Of a stretch of 64,000 nucleotides of DNA, positions 12,536-24,704 are shown in pieces. The stretch spans positions 59,272,001 through 59,336,000 of the forward strand of contig OX597817.1 of NCBI GenBank assembly GCA_951406725.2. Reading direction: 5' to 3'. The translations under genes were made by a program, and so were the position numbers. Under the pieces are notes generated by a model, which did not search any database, was not told where the DNA came from, and saw nothing but the letters and a program-made list of their open reading frames with translations. Position 1 is the stretch's first letter. Each line of letters opens with the position of its first letter. This DNA comes from Octopus vulgaris (lineage: Eukaryota).

Positions 12536-12728
12536 GGCAGATTAATATCTGCAGATATTTATAGTTACACTCATGTCGTACAACCTTTTGTTGATACAAA
12601 ATCTGACGTGACTCCTCCACACACACACACACACAAATACACAGACACAAGATTCGGGCTTGTTGGAATCTCAACAAAAAAAATACGAAAGAGCTACCAT
12701 TTGTATCTGTGTCAATGAAAAATACTAC

Positions 12729-12893
12729 CGTTTCTTTAGGTCCCTCGCTCGTTAAAGCACATGATACATGTGGTATATGCGGCAGCAGTCGCAATACTCC
12801 GGTCGTCCGCGTAGCTGGATCTTTCATAGAAATGTCGTCTGTTTCTAGGAGGTAGAATCTCGATGCTGCCATATTGTTGTATGTCAAGCACAT
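12729..12893 (-). CDS. Candidate coding part of exon 12729-12924 (MCLTYNNMAASRFYLLETDD...GPKET)
   Basis: Acceptor taattacag| at 12924; only one frame open; weak donor ACG|gtagta in phase 0, compatible with 9584 and 761. Confidence 0.4.
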
Positions 12894-13089
12894 CGACAGA
12901 CCTCGGGATAGGGAGGCATTACACCTGTAATTATAGTGCAAAGGGTGGTCATACCCGATAGCGAAGGAGCAACCACTATATTTTCATTAAGGAATAAGAA
13001 AGGAATAAGAGAAAATAAACAGAATACGCACACACACACACACACACTTATGTATGTATGTATGTATGTATGTATGTATGTGGATCCTC

Positions 13090-13560
13090 AGGTTTCCAGT
13101 AAGTGCAATTGGTGCAAACAATCTTTGTTGGAAGGTGTACATATTCCATACATTTTGCCAAGTACCATTTCCAAAATTCCACTCTTCGGTCAGGATCATC
13201 ATTGAGAGGAACATTCTTGGAATGAAACATTTCCTCATACAGCACTTCAAAGTGTGATTTTGATTTTGAAATTCTTATCTCGTGACACACCTGCTGAACG
13301 GATTTTCTGGAACTTTGGTACTACGTTTCTAGTGTTCTGTCTTGTTTTGTAGTGCTCGTCCGCGTGCACGGTCTTCCAGAACACTTCTTGCAAACATTCT
13401 GAACAGTTTCATCTCTAATTCTGATGATGATAAGTCGTACTGAGGAATCTGCTTGAAATTCCCTCCTAAACTGCGTTTTCAAACTTCTTGCAGCGCTTTA
13501 CGAAAAAAATTTCACTTGTTCGAAGCTTAGTCTGGCTTCCTTTGTTTCTGATGGGTTCTA
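13090..13560 (-). mobile_element. Decayed LINE ORF fragment, possibly R4/Dong N-terminal region
   Basis: Coding-like non-repetitive sequence with P...VEFWK reminiscent of the pre-RT region; weak support. Confidence 0.3.
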
Positions 13561-13621
13561 AAAAGAAATGAGAACTGAGTTAACAGGTGTTAAAGTGTGT
13601 ATACATTTTTTAAGAAGACCC

Positions 13622-13658
<37 letters not shown>

Positions 13659-13659
13659 T

Positions 13660-13697
<38 letters not shown>

Positions 13698-13724
13698 CAG
13701 AGACAGACAGACAGACAGACAGAC

Positions 13725-13785
<61 letters not shown>

Positions 13786-13841
13786 TACATGTATATATGT
13801 GTGTGCGTGAGTGTGTATGTACGTTTATATGTATGTACATA

Positions 13842-13905
<64 letters not shown>

Positions 13906-14081
13906 CAGCTTAGAGAAGAAGAAGAAACGAAACGAAACCAAACGAATCGAATCGAATCGACGCGAAGGCGCTCAGTCATACAATAGTGTAATAAATAAAA
14001 TATATGCATACATACAAACATATATGTACGTACCTACATCTACATGTATATATACATGCATATATAAATATATATACGTGT

Positions 14082-14400
14082 GTACAGGACACCACAAATA
14101 GACGTAGAACTCAACGAGAAACGAAAACGTAAAAACAGCATGGAACGGACCATTTTTTTAACAACGAAAAAACAGAGTACAAGACAACTACACAAGGAAA
14201 AATCCCCCTTCATCAGCTGTCCCTAGTTCAACTCCAGCGTGTTTCGAAAGTGAGGACAGAACACGTCTCGTCGAACTAATCCTTCCTGCGAAAGAATTCA
14301 ATAAAATTCCTTTGCAGAGGGGTAAAAACAAGGAAAAAAAAGTGACAAAAACAGGACGTAAAAACAATACAGTTAAAAACAAATACAAAATAAAAATACA
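14082..14400 (-). mobile_element. PLE pLTR-like element (family P2) carrying a permuted hammerhead-like motif
   Basis: U-rich on the minus strand, ends in tggtgtcctgtac, homologous to 41431-41591, flanked by TA/CA microsatellite. Confidence 0.6.
14204..14265 (-). ncRNA. Hammerhead-like RNA with non-canonical (pseudoknotted) strand order
   Basis: Minus strand reads cgtGT T ctgtcct ca ctttc GAAAC acg ctggagttgaacta gggacag CTGATGA A ggggg. Stem III acacg/cgtgt, stem I ctgtcct/gggacag, stem II ctttc/ggggg. Confidence 0.65.
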
Positions 14401-14970
14401 ATTACATACATACATATGCATATATATACATATATAAATGTATACATGTGTGGGTGTATATTTACATATTTACATACATTCATACATAAATACGTAATAC
14501 ATACGTACATACATACACACACATATGCATACATATATACATATATACATACACACACAATACATACACACACATATATACATGCATACTTATATGCATA
14601 CATGTAACGGTAGGGCTATGTAATTTGAGAGAGATCACCTACTATTTCTAGCAGGTCGAAATTTATTATAAATGGTAAGTAGGGAGAAAACAAAAAACAT
14701 AGATTTGTAAAATCTAGTCTCAATCGTATGAAATGAATTGACTTTTCTCATGGGTGTTAGTCATACAGAAAAATAATGATTATAAATAATTTGATATATA
14801 TTCTAAAATTCAATGTAAAAAGATATTTTGAAACCGTGGGAAAAATAAAAGTGTGAAAAACTTGTATCAAAAGTTTCTAGTGATATTTCCACCTCCACTA
14901 TTTCTATATATTCCCTCACAATTTTATTCTTAGCACGGTTTTTAACGGTCAGTAACATTGAAAGACTAAC

Positions 14971-15022
<52 letters not shown>

Positions 15023-15051
15023 GTGTGTGTGTGTGTGTCTGTGTGTCTGTG

Positions 15052-15089
<38 letters not shown>

Positions 15090-15094
<5 letters not shown>

Positions 15095-15376
15095 ATATTA
15101 TATTAAATTAGAGACAAAACCACTATTATGCAAATCAAACAAAGAAAGACTTAAGCCAATACATAAATTAATTTATATTATTTAGAAATTATTTAATAAT
15201 TGTTACATTTCTAAGTAATATAAATTAATTTATGTATTGGCTTGAGTCTTTCTTTGTTTGATTTGCATAATAGTGGTTTTGTCTCTAATTTAATATAATG
15301 TAATATTTTACTATAAAATTGGATTCAATCCTAAATCTGATTTTTCCCTGTAAGTTTGGATTTATTCCCTAATATT

Positions 15377-15380
<4 letters not shown>
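15090..15380. mobile_element. AT-rich inverted repeat (about 100-bp arms, 15090-15306) plus unpaired tail, within (TA)n; PLE-like end remnant
   Basis: attaaattagagacaaaaccactattatgcaaatcaaacaaagaaagact versus its reverse complement near 15245-15295; no HHR retained. Confidence 0.55.
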
Positions 15381-15449
<69 letters not shown>

Positions 15450-15549
15450 CATATATGTATGTATGTAAGGTAACGATTTTTGGCCAACCTAACGTGACAG
15501 TCCCTTTTGAGGCGAATGGTGCTGTTGTTTTGCGATCTGTGCCCACATA

Positions 15550-15644
<95 letters not shown>

Positions 15645-15730
15645 GTCTAGATGTAAGTATGTACATATGCATATATATATTATTTATATTATTATATTTT
15701 TGAACACCACGCATCCTCTTCCAAGTTTTA

Positions 15731-15778
<48 letters not shown>

Positions 15779-15937
15779 GGGGTGTATATATGTATGTACA
15801 GACGTGGCTAAAAGTTTGGAACATTTTTTAAAAATTAGAATCGGTATGCCCAATATACGCTCCGACTAAATATAACTTTAGGCATTTTACATAAAAAATT
15901 TTAGTTTCAGACCTATGTTCCGAACTTCTGGCCACGA

Positions 15938-16150
15938 TTGTATGTATGTATGTATGTATGTATGTATGTATGTAGGTAGGTAGGTAGGTAGGTAGGTATG
16001 TAGGTAGGTAGGTAGGTAGGTAGGTAGGTAGGTAGGTAGGTAGGTAGGTAGGTAGGTATGTAGGTATGTAGGTAGGTAGGTAGGTAGGTAGGTAGGTATG
16101 CACGTATGTATGTATGTATGTATGTATGTGTGTATGTATGTATGTGTGTG
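15938..16150. repeat. (TATG)n/(TAGG)n microsatellite
   Basis: Direct inspection. Confidence 0.95.
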
Positions 16151-16177
16151 TTGTATGTTAAATCAAGACATTTGTGA

Positions 16178-16490
16178 AGTTTGTTATGAGTGCCACTGAT
16201 GACATGGAACCCTGTACAACCTGTTGCATGGTCGGGTCGTCGGTGACTAAACCACCCCCGCCCCACTGGGTTTGCCTGGTGCGGAGCGTTGCTAGTAGGA
16301 CTAAAAACAAAACCTTTCAAAGGGGCAGATGAACCCAGTATTAGAACAACGATTATCTAGCCATTGGACGGGCTTTCAGAAATCCCGGGATGGTGTCCGG
16401 TGTATAGAAGATCACTGGGAGTGAGAACCATTAGCCTTTGTTAAAGCCTGCCTCTAGGAGAAGGTCACTCCGATACAAAACCTGATATAA
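16178..16490 (+). mobile_element. Probable LINE (RTE-type) 5' UTR fragment
   Basis: Homologous to the reverse complement of 57135-57390 (agtgccactg..acatg..gtacaacct..gcatggt..gactaaacc; ctgggagtgaga). Confidence 0.45.
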
Positions 16491-16589
16491 AACCCGATAT
16501 GCAAGGAATGGCATTGAGCATTTGGGGTTCCTTTTGCTTGCGCTTGAAATCATGGCACTCTCACATGTGTAGTTAAGAAACTCGCTTTT

Positions 16590-16850
16590 GTATTCATATT
16601 CGTGTAACATCGTCCGTTTTTCCGTCTTTGTTTTCTATACATTCGAAGCTTTCTTCCAAGGAATCTAATGCGCTTAGCTTAGTTTTTCCTTGGGGCTGGC
16701 CAGATTGGAGCAATCTCAAGATTAATCAGCCGAAATTGCGAGGATGATCCAGTTCTTGACTGAAGATTGGAGGCTTCGAATGTCCTGTCCGTGTTTTTTG
16801 TATCGTCTTCTAAATGTTTTGCGTTCTTGTCCCAGTTTGTATTTTTTTAC
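16590..16850 (+). mobile_element. PLE pLTR-like element (family P3) ending at (TA)n, carrying a permuted hammerhead-like motif
   Basis: U-rich flanks; hairpin ccaaggaa/ttccttgg just upstream of the motif, as in P2 (gcaaaggaatt/aattctttcgc). Confidence 0.55.
16710..16775 (+). ncRNA. Second hammerhead-like RNA with the same non-canonical strand order
   Basis: gcaAT C tcaaga ttaat cagcc GAAA ttgc gaggatgatccagt tcttga CTGAAGA ttggaggct. Stem III attgc/gcaat and stem I tcaaga/tcttga are perfect; stem II is ambiguous. Confidence 0.55.
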
Positions 16851-18778
16851 ATATATATATATATAGCGGCTTACGGATTTAGCGACCAAACATGACGACT
16901 GGGTGGGAAAAAAAAGTTTAACAGGAGAGGTAAAAAGAAGGGGAGATAATAAAGTATTGGTGATCTCAAAACTAAGGTGCGTGTGTATATATGAGAATGT
17001 ATGTGTGTGGATAGGGGCTAGTGGCTTTGTCGTGGGGATGTGTGCGTGTGTGTGTGTGTATCTGTAATATGTGGGTGCGTGGATGATGGTGTGTGGGTGT
17101 GCGGTTAATGGTGTGTGGGTGTGTAGATGATGGTGTGTGGTGTGGATGCTGGGAAGTGTTTTGTGCTAGTGTGTGGAGTGGTGTGGGGTGGTGTGATGTG
17201 GTGGTGTGGAGGTGCGTGGGAGATGTGGGTGATGTGGGGTGGAGGTGTGGGTGTAGGGGTATGTGGGAATGGGGTGTGCGGGGGAGGGGACATCAATATA
17301 TTGAGTTCTGGCAGCTGGTTATTAGAATCACTGCGCCTGAGCGAAATCATTATATATTCGCAATTTAACATCCTTGTTAAACTTGTTGAACAAAGGTCAA
17401 CGTGACGACTAACTCGACTCTGTCACTTTCAATGATTATAATTTGATAATTTAATATAGAAAATATATTTGAGCAAATTAAAGCGAGGAAAACTAGTTAC
17501 AAATGGTACAAAAGATATCCGGGGGAATTGAAACCAGGACGACATGCACAAGCCAGGATGTATAAAGTTGAGCTATAAAATCCACTAGAAAACACGTGAA
17601 ACCCCTACACTCCCCTTCTCTCTCTCTCTCCCTTTCTCTCTCTCCCTCTCTCTCTCTCTCCCTCTCTCTCTCTCTCTGAGACAAAGAGTAAGAGACTGAA
17701 ACGTTGATCGTTTCATTCCTCACAGCTGAATTTATCCGACTATTTTCACGCACCGTGTATTTCTGTTACTTTAATGTTCAACGTTCAAATCCAGCCGCCG
17801 TCAATTTTTGTGGGGTTTTTTTTTAACTTCCAACCAAATAGAAAGGCAGTGTCCTTGACCCTTTTCAGGATCGTTGGGGTGGTGGAGAGGAAAAGGTCTT
17901 CAAACTGATGACCTGACCGTAATATATGTAACCTGTGCTAAAGGTACCGAGGATGCCACGTGATAATGCTAAACCGAACAATGGATTAAATCTATCAGCC
18001 GTGTAGGTCACGGTAGGATTTAAACTCAGAACGCAAGAAGCCGGAATAGATACCGCAAGTATCCAATCCGATATTCTTACGATTCTGCCACTCGATCAAC
18101 CTGGATCGATACTTTACTATCGATCTCGAAAATATGAAAGGTTAAGATGACCTTGTTGGGGTTCGAATCCAGAGCACAGAGACTTGGAACAGATGCCGTA
18201 AGACATTTTATCCGAAGCTCTACCGGCTCTGACACTTAGCCACTTTTGGAGCATTTGTCTTTCATTCCTTCGTTCTACATCCACCCATCCATCTTCTCGG
18301 TCCCTTATTCCTAGAAGGATCTTGTAGATAGGATCCTTAGGCTCTTCGTCCAGAGGGTCCTATCAGAAGCAACCATCATTACACTTTCAAGCTGGATTCC
18401 TAAGAATGGTTAACTGAGTTTATGGATACCATCAAACCATTTCGTTTACCTCGTTTCCCTCAAAATTCGAACCTGGAAACACGTGGAATGTATCGTAGTA
18501 AAGAAGCCAGTAGTACAAGTGGTTTGCCGCAACCAGACCCTCACTCTCAGCCCTAACAACCCCCCCACCCCGGCCAGTAACTCTATCGATAAATACTACA
18601 CAAATAGTAAGTATCTAAACTGCAATGGAGTCTTTACAAGGATATTATGTGTGGGTGTGGGAATTTAGAATAAAATTAATACTGAGTCATGTCAGAGATG
18701 ACTCAGTCTGGCGGATTACAACGAACAACGAAGACTACTATATTTCCCATGGACATAGCTCGTTGTTGTTGTTGTTGT

Positions 18779-18840
<62 letters not shown>

Positions 18841-19084
18841 TAGTCATTATTGTCGCTGCTGTTGCAGCCGTTCTCGTAGTTATCGCTATCGTTATTGTTA
18901 TAGTTGTTGTTGTTGTTGTTGTTGTTGCTGCTATTGCACTTGTGGTCGTTGTTGTTGCTGCTGTTGCAGCTGCTGCTGTTTGAGTTTAAGTGACAGGAAC
19001 CAGCTGTTTCTGTTCTGAAGCTTTTCTTTGACATTATTACAATAAGTCTTTACGTCTCCCTTACATTTACCAATTTTGACTCAC

Positions 19085-19165
19085 CTGCCGTCGAAGACGC
19101 CCCCTGGCCAACTAAGCAGCCCCTATGTTAACATTTCCCATAAAGGGGCGAAGGACCTGTGACGA
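19085..19165 (-). other. 81-nt exon with stops in all three frames (5' UTR or poison exon)
   Basis: Acceptor tttttaatgtttttttttcag| and consensus donor CAG|gtgagt; GC-rich island in AT-rich surroundings. Confidence 0.55.
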
Positions 19166-20088
19166 CTGAAAAAAAAACATTAAAAAATGTGGGTGAGAGA
19201 CAAATCATCACATTTAATAAAACATTAGATTTTTAAAAAATCTAAAACATTTTAAAGTTGTCCAGCCCCAAGGTGAAGAACGAAGAATTATATAAGAGAT
19301 TAAAAGAATAATGAAAAGATAATTAGTGGAAAATCTCCTATATTATTTCTAAAAGATGGAATAATTTGTATTTTGATAATTTGTTTAGGGGTGATTGAAG
19401 ATGAAGTAATTTTTGATGGGAAAATTCAAGACCGATCAATTCATGAAAAAGCAGACACTATTTTGTTTCCACCAAAGAAGAAACAGCAAAAAATTCCTCT
19501 AATATTTTGGTGGAAGTGCCAGTAAGTTTTTGCTGGTAGCAATTTTAATCATGAATGTACGAAAACAGTTATAAGAAGAGTTAGCAATAAGCTCAGTTCC
19601 TACACTGAACTGTAGTAAGAAATGATGTGCTATAAATATCAAAGAATTTTGGACAAGTTCTTCACTCCTCAAAGTCGGTATTGATAATGATGAATTGTAA
19701 GATAGAAGATAGTGTTCTTCATCACACGCATACACAAACACCTCCGTACTAAAGGGATACGTTCATACAGAACATAAATGCAAGTGCAAAGATCTTTCGT
19801 ATAACTCAACCATTCTCTTGGTTACCATCTGTCTATCAATCATTGTTACAAAACCCGGGAACTCTGATGATTCTCAAAGACTTGTTGCTTTGTTACCACC
19901 AGCTTGGACTCCGTGAAGAAGAACTGGGATGAACCTCAAAGGAAACTATACACGAATACATACACTGATGTATATAACTAAATATGTGTATGAGTGTACG
20001 ACCGCGTGTGTGTATGTGTGCGTGCGTGCGTGCGTGCGTGCATGCATGCGTATCGGTGTATGTATTAGACTGAGTGTTATTATTCTCC

Positions 20089-20500
20089 GAGCTGGCAGAA
20101 TCGTTAGCACGCCGGGCGAAATGCTAAGCGTTATTTCGTCAGCTGTAACGTTCTGAGTTCAAATTCCGCCGAGGTCGACTTTGCCTTTCATCCTTTCGGG
20201 GTCGATAAATTAAGTACCAGTTACGCACTGGGGTCGATGTAATCGACTTAATCCCTTTGTCTGTCCTTGTTCGTCCCCTCTATATTTAGCCCTTTGTGGG
20301 CAATAAAGAAATAAGAATTTTTAGCACGCCAAGCGAAATGCTAAGTAGCATTTCGTCTGTCTACGTTCTGAGTTCAAATTCCGACATTTTCTTACATCTT
20401 TTCGGGGTCGATAAAATAAGTACCAGCTAGTTACTGGGGTTGATGGAATCAACTTAGTCCCTCCCCGAAATTGGTGGCCTCGAGCCAAAATTTAAAATCA
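20089..20500 (+). mobile_element. SINE family A (young copy followed by an older copy)
   Basis: gagctggcagaatcgttagcacgccgggcgaaatgc... full body. Confidence 0.85.
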
Positions 20501-21289
20501 TTAATATATCAGCATACCCTTACTTGGGTGTCTTGTTTAAAACGCCTTAAACTGCTGTAAACGTCCCACAAAAACATTTCGTGTATACAACCCATGCTAA
20601 AAAGCATATAAATTCTATTTTCAGTTGACGAAATTCCGTCATTACATGCGCAGATGACACTGCCGTATCACGTGGTTTCATCGCATCGAGAATCATCAGC
20701 GGCAGCTGACCAAGTCGAGAGCCGGACAGAAAATCAGCCAAATTGATATAGAACGACACTGGCCAAACAGCCAGTGATGTGGCGGCAAAAAGCTGGCAGG
20801 CTGTGTACGAAGTTGCTAATAGCAAAAGAAGCAGCCTTTATAACGAATATTAATCTACACATCCAATTTAACATGGATGTGCCGTTTAAAACGCCTGAGC
20901 CTGCGGTAAACGTCCCGAAAAATCATTTCGTTAGCAGACTAAATCACTAACAACACCAACGACAACAACAACAACAATATAATCACTAGAGAATTATGAT
21001 TATTTCATCTAACACCACCTCACCACCATTCTCTTGGTTACCACCTGTCTATCAATCATTGTGTTCTTTTCTATATGTTCATCGCACCCAATCACAGCCC
21101 ACCTTTCACCAGCAGAACGTTTATTAAACAATCCAGATTTGCACTTCAAATGTTTTAACCCCATTGGCCCAATTCTTTAGGTTAAATCGTTCCATTCTCT
21201 CGGCACCATTCAAAACCAATTTTCCGCGCTAATAATTTTCCCAAGTATATTTTACTTTTTTTATATTAGTTTATAAAAATCTGACGGAG

Positions 21290-21590
21290 TTTAACAAGGA
21301 AGTTACTTGGGCGCATATGTGCAGAGCTTGGCCGTATGGTTATGAAATTTGTTTCGCAACAAGCTAGTTTCGGGTTCGATAACTGGTGTGCAGTTATTGC
21401 CCACCGGATGCTCCAAATCACATAGGCAAGTTTGAAGATTGCCTCACAAGAATTAAAGAAATCCTCGTGAATCTGGAACACAACGTGACCATATTTTTTA
21501 TGGGTGATTTCAACTTCCCCAACGTCAAATGGCCCGAAGGTCACATACTCTCAGGAATGAATCATTGCAAGCAAGTTCAGGTGGAGTCCA
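21290..21590 (+). pseudogene. LINE APE endonuclease fragment (CR1/L2/Jockey-type)
   Basis: Translation CSYCPPDAP...IFFMGDFNFPNVKW matches the YRPP and GDFN motifs of AP-like endonucleases. Confidence 0.75.
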
Positions 21591-22214
21591 AGTTATATCT
21601 TGATATCGCTAGTGATAACAATACTCAAAATATATAACAGACTGGAATTGTAGGCCCGTCTCTTGCAATTTCGATCAATTTGATCTTGTCCTCCCTTTTG
21701 TATAGAAGTGTACGGCTGCAGCGAAATTCATTTTTGGACTTTCTTCTATCGAAGGCATTTTAACAAAGATGCTTCCGTAAAGACGGTGAAAATATTGTCA
21801 ATTTCCCCAAACAGGGACACAATTCAATTTTTAAATAATAACCAAACCTCCTTCTCCGAAAGGGAGAGGGTTACGGTTTACAATTATTTAACAAATGCAA
21901 CACAACAACGTTTCCCTGACGAGGAACCAACAAATGTGATTACAATAGTCAAACAGTAATAATAATAACAACAAACCTTTTTAATTTATCCCCATTTATG
22001 TGAAACCACTTATTCAAGTTCAAGTCATTGATGCAATTTTATACGAATTGCTAATACACACACACACACATAATAAGGGTGAAAAATTGAATATTAATTT
22101 GATTAATATGAATTGAAAACCAGTGGTGGAGCATATAAGACCATAGCGGATCTTCTTCTAGCAAAATGGGTGACCACTGTTAATAGTTCATCCCTGTTAT
22201 ATAATACTTTCACT

Positions 22215-22470
22215 TTAATAGTTCAGTATTAAAGTGAATGTCTGCATTACAATAGAGAGATGTTTTTGTTTCACTTTTAATACATAATACTGAAATAGTG
22301 GAGAAGATATGATATTGCTGTGGGGTCGCCCTAGGGAAAAAGTTAAATTTTTTTGCCGATGACACTCCCCGGACCTTAAGTAAGGCATGTGTAAAATTTG
22401 AATGAAATTGGTTGTATAGTTCTCAAGTTTTAGGGGAACGGACAGACAGACAGACATTCTCAGTTATATA
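22215..22470 (+). mobile_element. Helentron/DINE-like non-autonomous element end
   Basis: ...aaaatttgaatgaaattggttg...ggacagacagacagacattctcagttatata-type terminus; a similar end lies at 25800-26100. Confidence 0.4.
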
Positions 22471-22519
22471 TACATATATATATATATATATACATATATA
22501 TACATATATATATATATAC

Positions 22520-22574
<55 letters not shown>

Positions 22575-22577
22575 TAT

Positions 22578-22679
<102 letters not shown>

Positions 22680-22830
22680 AATATAAGAGAGTGGTCACTA
22701 TATTGCTCACTCTAGCACCAGTTAATCCAAAAGGTTTCAACCACGAAAATACATGCTTACCATGAAAGTCAGTACGATTGTTAGCTCACACGGACAGGGC
22801 AAATAAAAAATAACAAAAATACAGATTATT

Positions 22831-22909
22831 TTGGGACAATTGTTTCGCTATTAATGAATTAAATGTAATTTTACTTACAAAAAAAATCCATTTGTAGCTC
22901 GTCAGCCAA
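22831..22909 (-). ncRNA. Type I hammerhead, array unit 1
   Basis: ttgg CTGACGA gcta [AU-rich insert] tagc GAAAC aatt GTC ccaa on the minus strand. Confidence 0.85.
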
Positions 22910-23366
22910 GACTATCTGGATGAAATCCACTCAATCACACGCCAGATTTTACCATAACGATAAATACGCGTGTGGTTCAATTGATTACATCCGACGTTAT
23001 AATTCAAATGCCCCAACCAACAGCGCGCCAAACTTTCACGGAAAACAAATACAGCATTTAGAAATAAATGCAGCATAATTATAATTAATTAATAAGGGTG
23101 AGAGAATTAGATACTAATTTAATAGTATATTTATTCAGCACCAAGTGGCCTAGTGCTTCGAGAAACCTGGATTATTATAATATTTTATAACATATTATAA
23201 TATTTTTACAAAATAAATATAAGAGAGTGGTCACTATATTGCTCACTCTAGCACCAGTTAATCCAAAAGGTTTCAACCACGAAAATACATGCTTACCATG
23301 AAAGTCAGTACGATTGTTAGCTCACACGGACAGGGCAAATAAAAAATAACAAAAATACAGATTATT

Positions 23367-23444
23367 TTGGGACAATTGTTTCGCTATTAATGAATTAAAT
23401 GTAATTTTACTTACAAAAAAATCCATTTGTAGCTCGTCAGCCAA
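23367..23444 (-). ncRNA. Type I hammerhead, array unit 2
   Basis: Same motif as unit 1. Confidence 0.85.
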
Positions 23445-24091
23445 GACTATCTGGTTGAAATCCACTCAATCACACGCCAGATTTTACCATAACGATAAAT
23501 ACGCGTGTGGTTCAATTGATTACATCCGACGTTATAATTCAAATGCCCCAACCAACAGCGCGCCAAACTTTCACGGAAAACAAATACAGCATTTAGAAAT
23601 AAATGCAGCATAATTATAATTAATTAATAAGGGTGAGAGAATTAGATACTAATTTAATAGTATATTTATTCAACACCAAGTGGCCTAGTGCTTCGAGAAA
23701 CCTGGATTATTATAATATTTTATAACATATTATAATATTTTTACAAAATAAATATAAGAGAGTGGTCACTATATTGCTCACTCTAGCACCAGTTAATCCA
23801 AAAGGTTTCAACCACGAAAATACATGCTTACCATGAAAGTCAGTACGATTGTTAGCTCACACGGACAGGGCAAATAAATTAAATTAGTATCTAATTCTCT
23901 CACCCTTATTAATTAATTATAATTATGCTGCATTTATTTCTAAATGCTGTATTTGTTTTCCGTGAAAGTTTGGCGCGCTGTTGGTTGGGGCATTTGAATT
24001 ATAACGTCGGATGTAATCAATTGAACCACACGCGTATTTATCGTTATGGTAAAATCTGGCGTGTGATTGAGTGGATTTCATCCAGATAGTC

Positions 24092-24169
24092 TTGGCTGAC
24101 GAGCTACAAATGGATTTTTTTGTAAGTAAAATTACATTTAATTCATTAATAGCGAAACAATTGTCCCAA
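24092..24169 (+). ncRNA. Type I hammerhead, inverted unit 1 (predicted cleavage after 24165)
   Basis: ttgg 24092-95, CTGACGAG 24096-103, GAAAC 24154-58, GTC 24163-65, ccaa 24166-69. Confidence 0.85.
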
Positions 24170-24626
24170 AATAATCTGTATTTTTGTTATTTTTTATTTG
24201 CCCTGTCCGTGTGAGCTAACAATCGTACTGACTTTCATGGTAAGCATGTATTTTCGTGGTTGAAACCTTTTGGATTAACTGGTGCTAGAGTGAGCAATAT
24301 AGTGACCACTCTCTTATATTTATTTTGTAAAAATATTATAATATGTTATAAAATATTATAATAATCCAGGTTTCTCGAAGCACTAGGCCACTTGGTGTTG
24401 AATAAATATACTATTAAATTAGTATCTAATTCTCTCACCCTTATTAATTAATTATAATTATGCTGCATTTATTTCTAAATGCTGTATTTGTTTTCCGTGA
24501 AAGTTTGGCGCGCTGTTGGTTGGGGCATTTGAATTATAACGTCGGATGTAATCAATTGAACCACACGCGTATTTATCGTTATGGTAAAATCTGGCGTGTG
24601 ATTGAGTGGATTTCATCCAGATAGTC

Positions 24627-24704
24627 TTGGCTGACGAGCTACAAATGGATTTTTTTGTAAGTAAAATTACATTTAATTCATTAATAGCGAAACAATTGTC
24701 CCAA
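24627..24704 (+). ncRNA. Type I hammerhead, inverted unit 2
   Basis: Same motif, offset +535. Confidence 0.85.

Noticed and set aside
21905-21930. aacgtttccCTGACGAGgaac, containing both a GAAACGTT complement and CTGACGA
   Set aside because: The two half-cores are on opposite strands with no matching stems; at most a rearranged junction.
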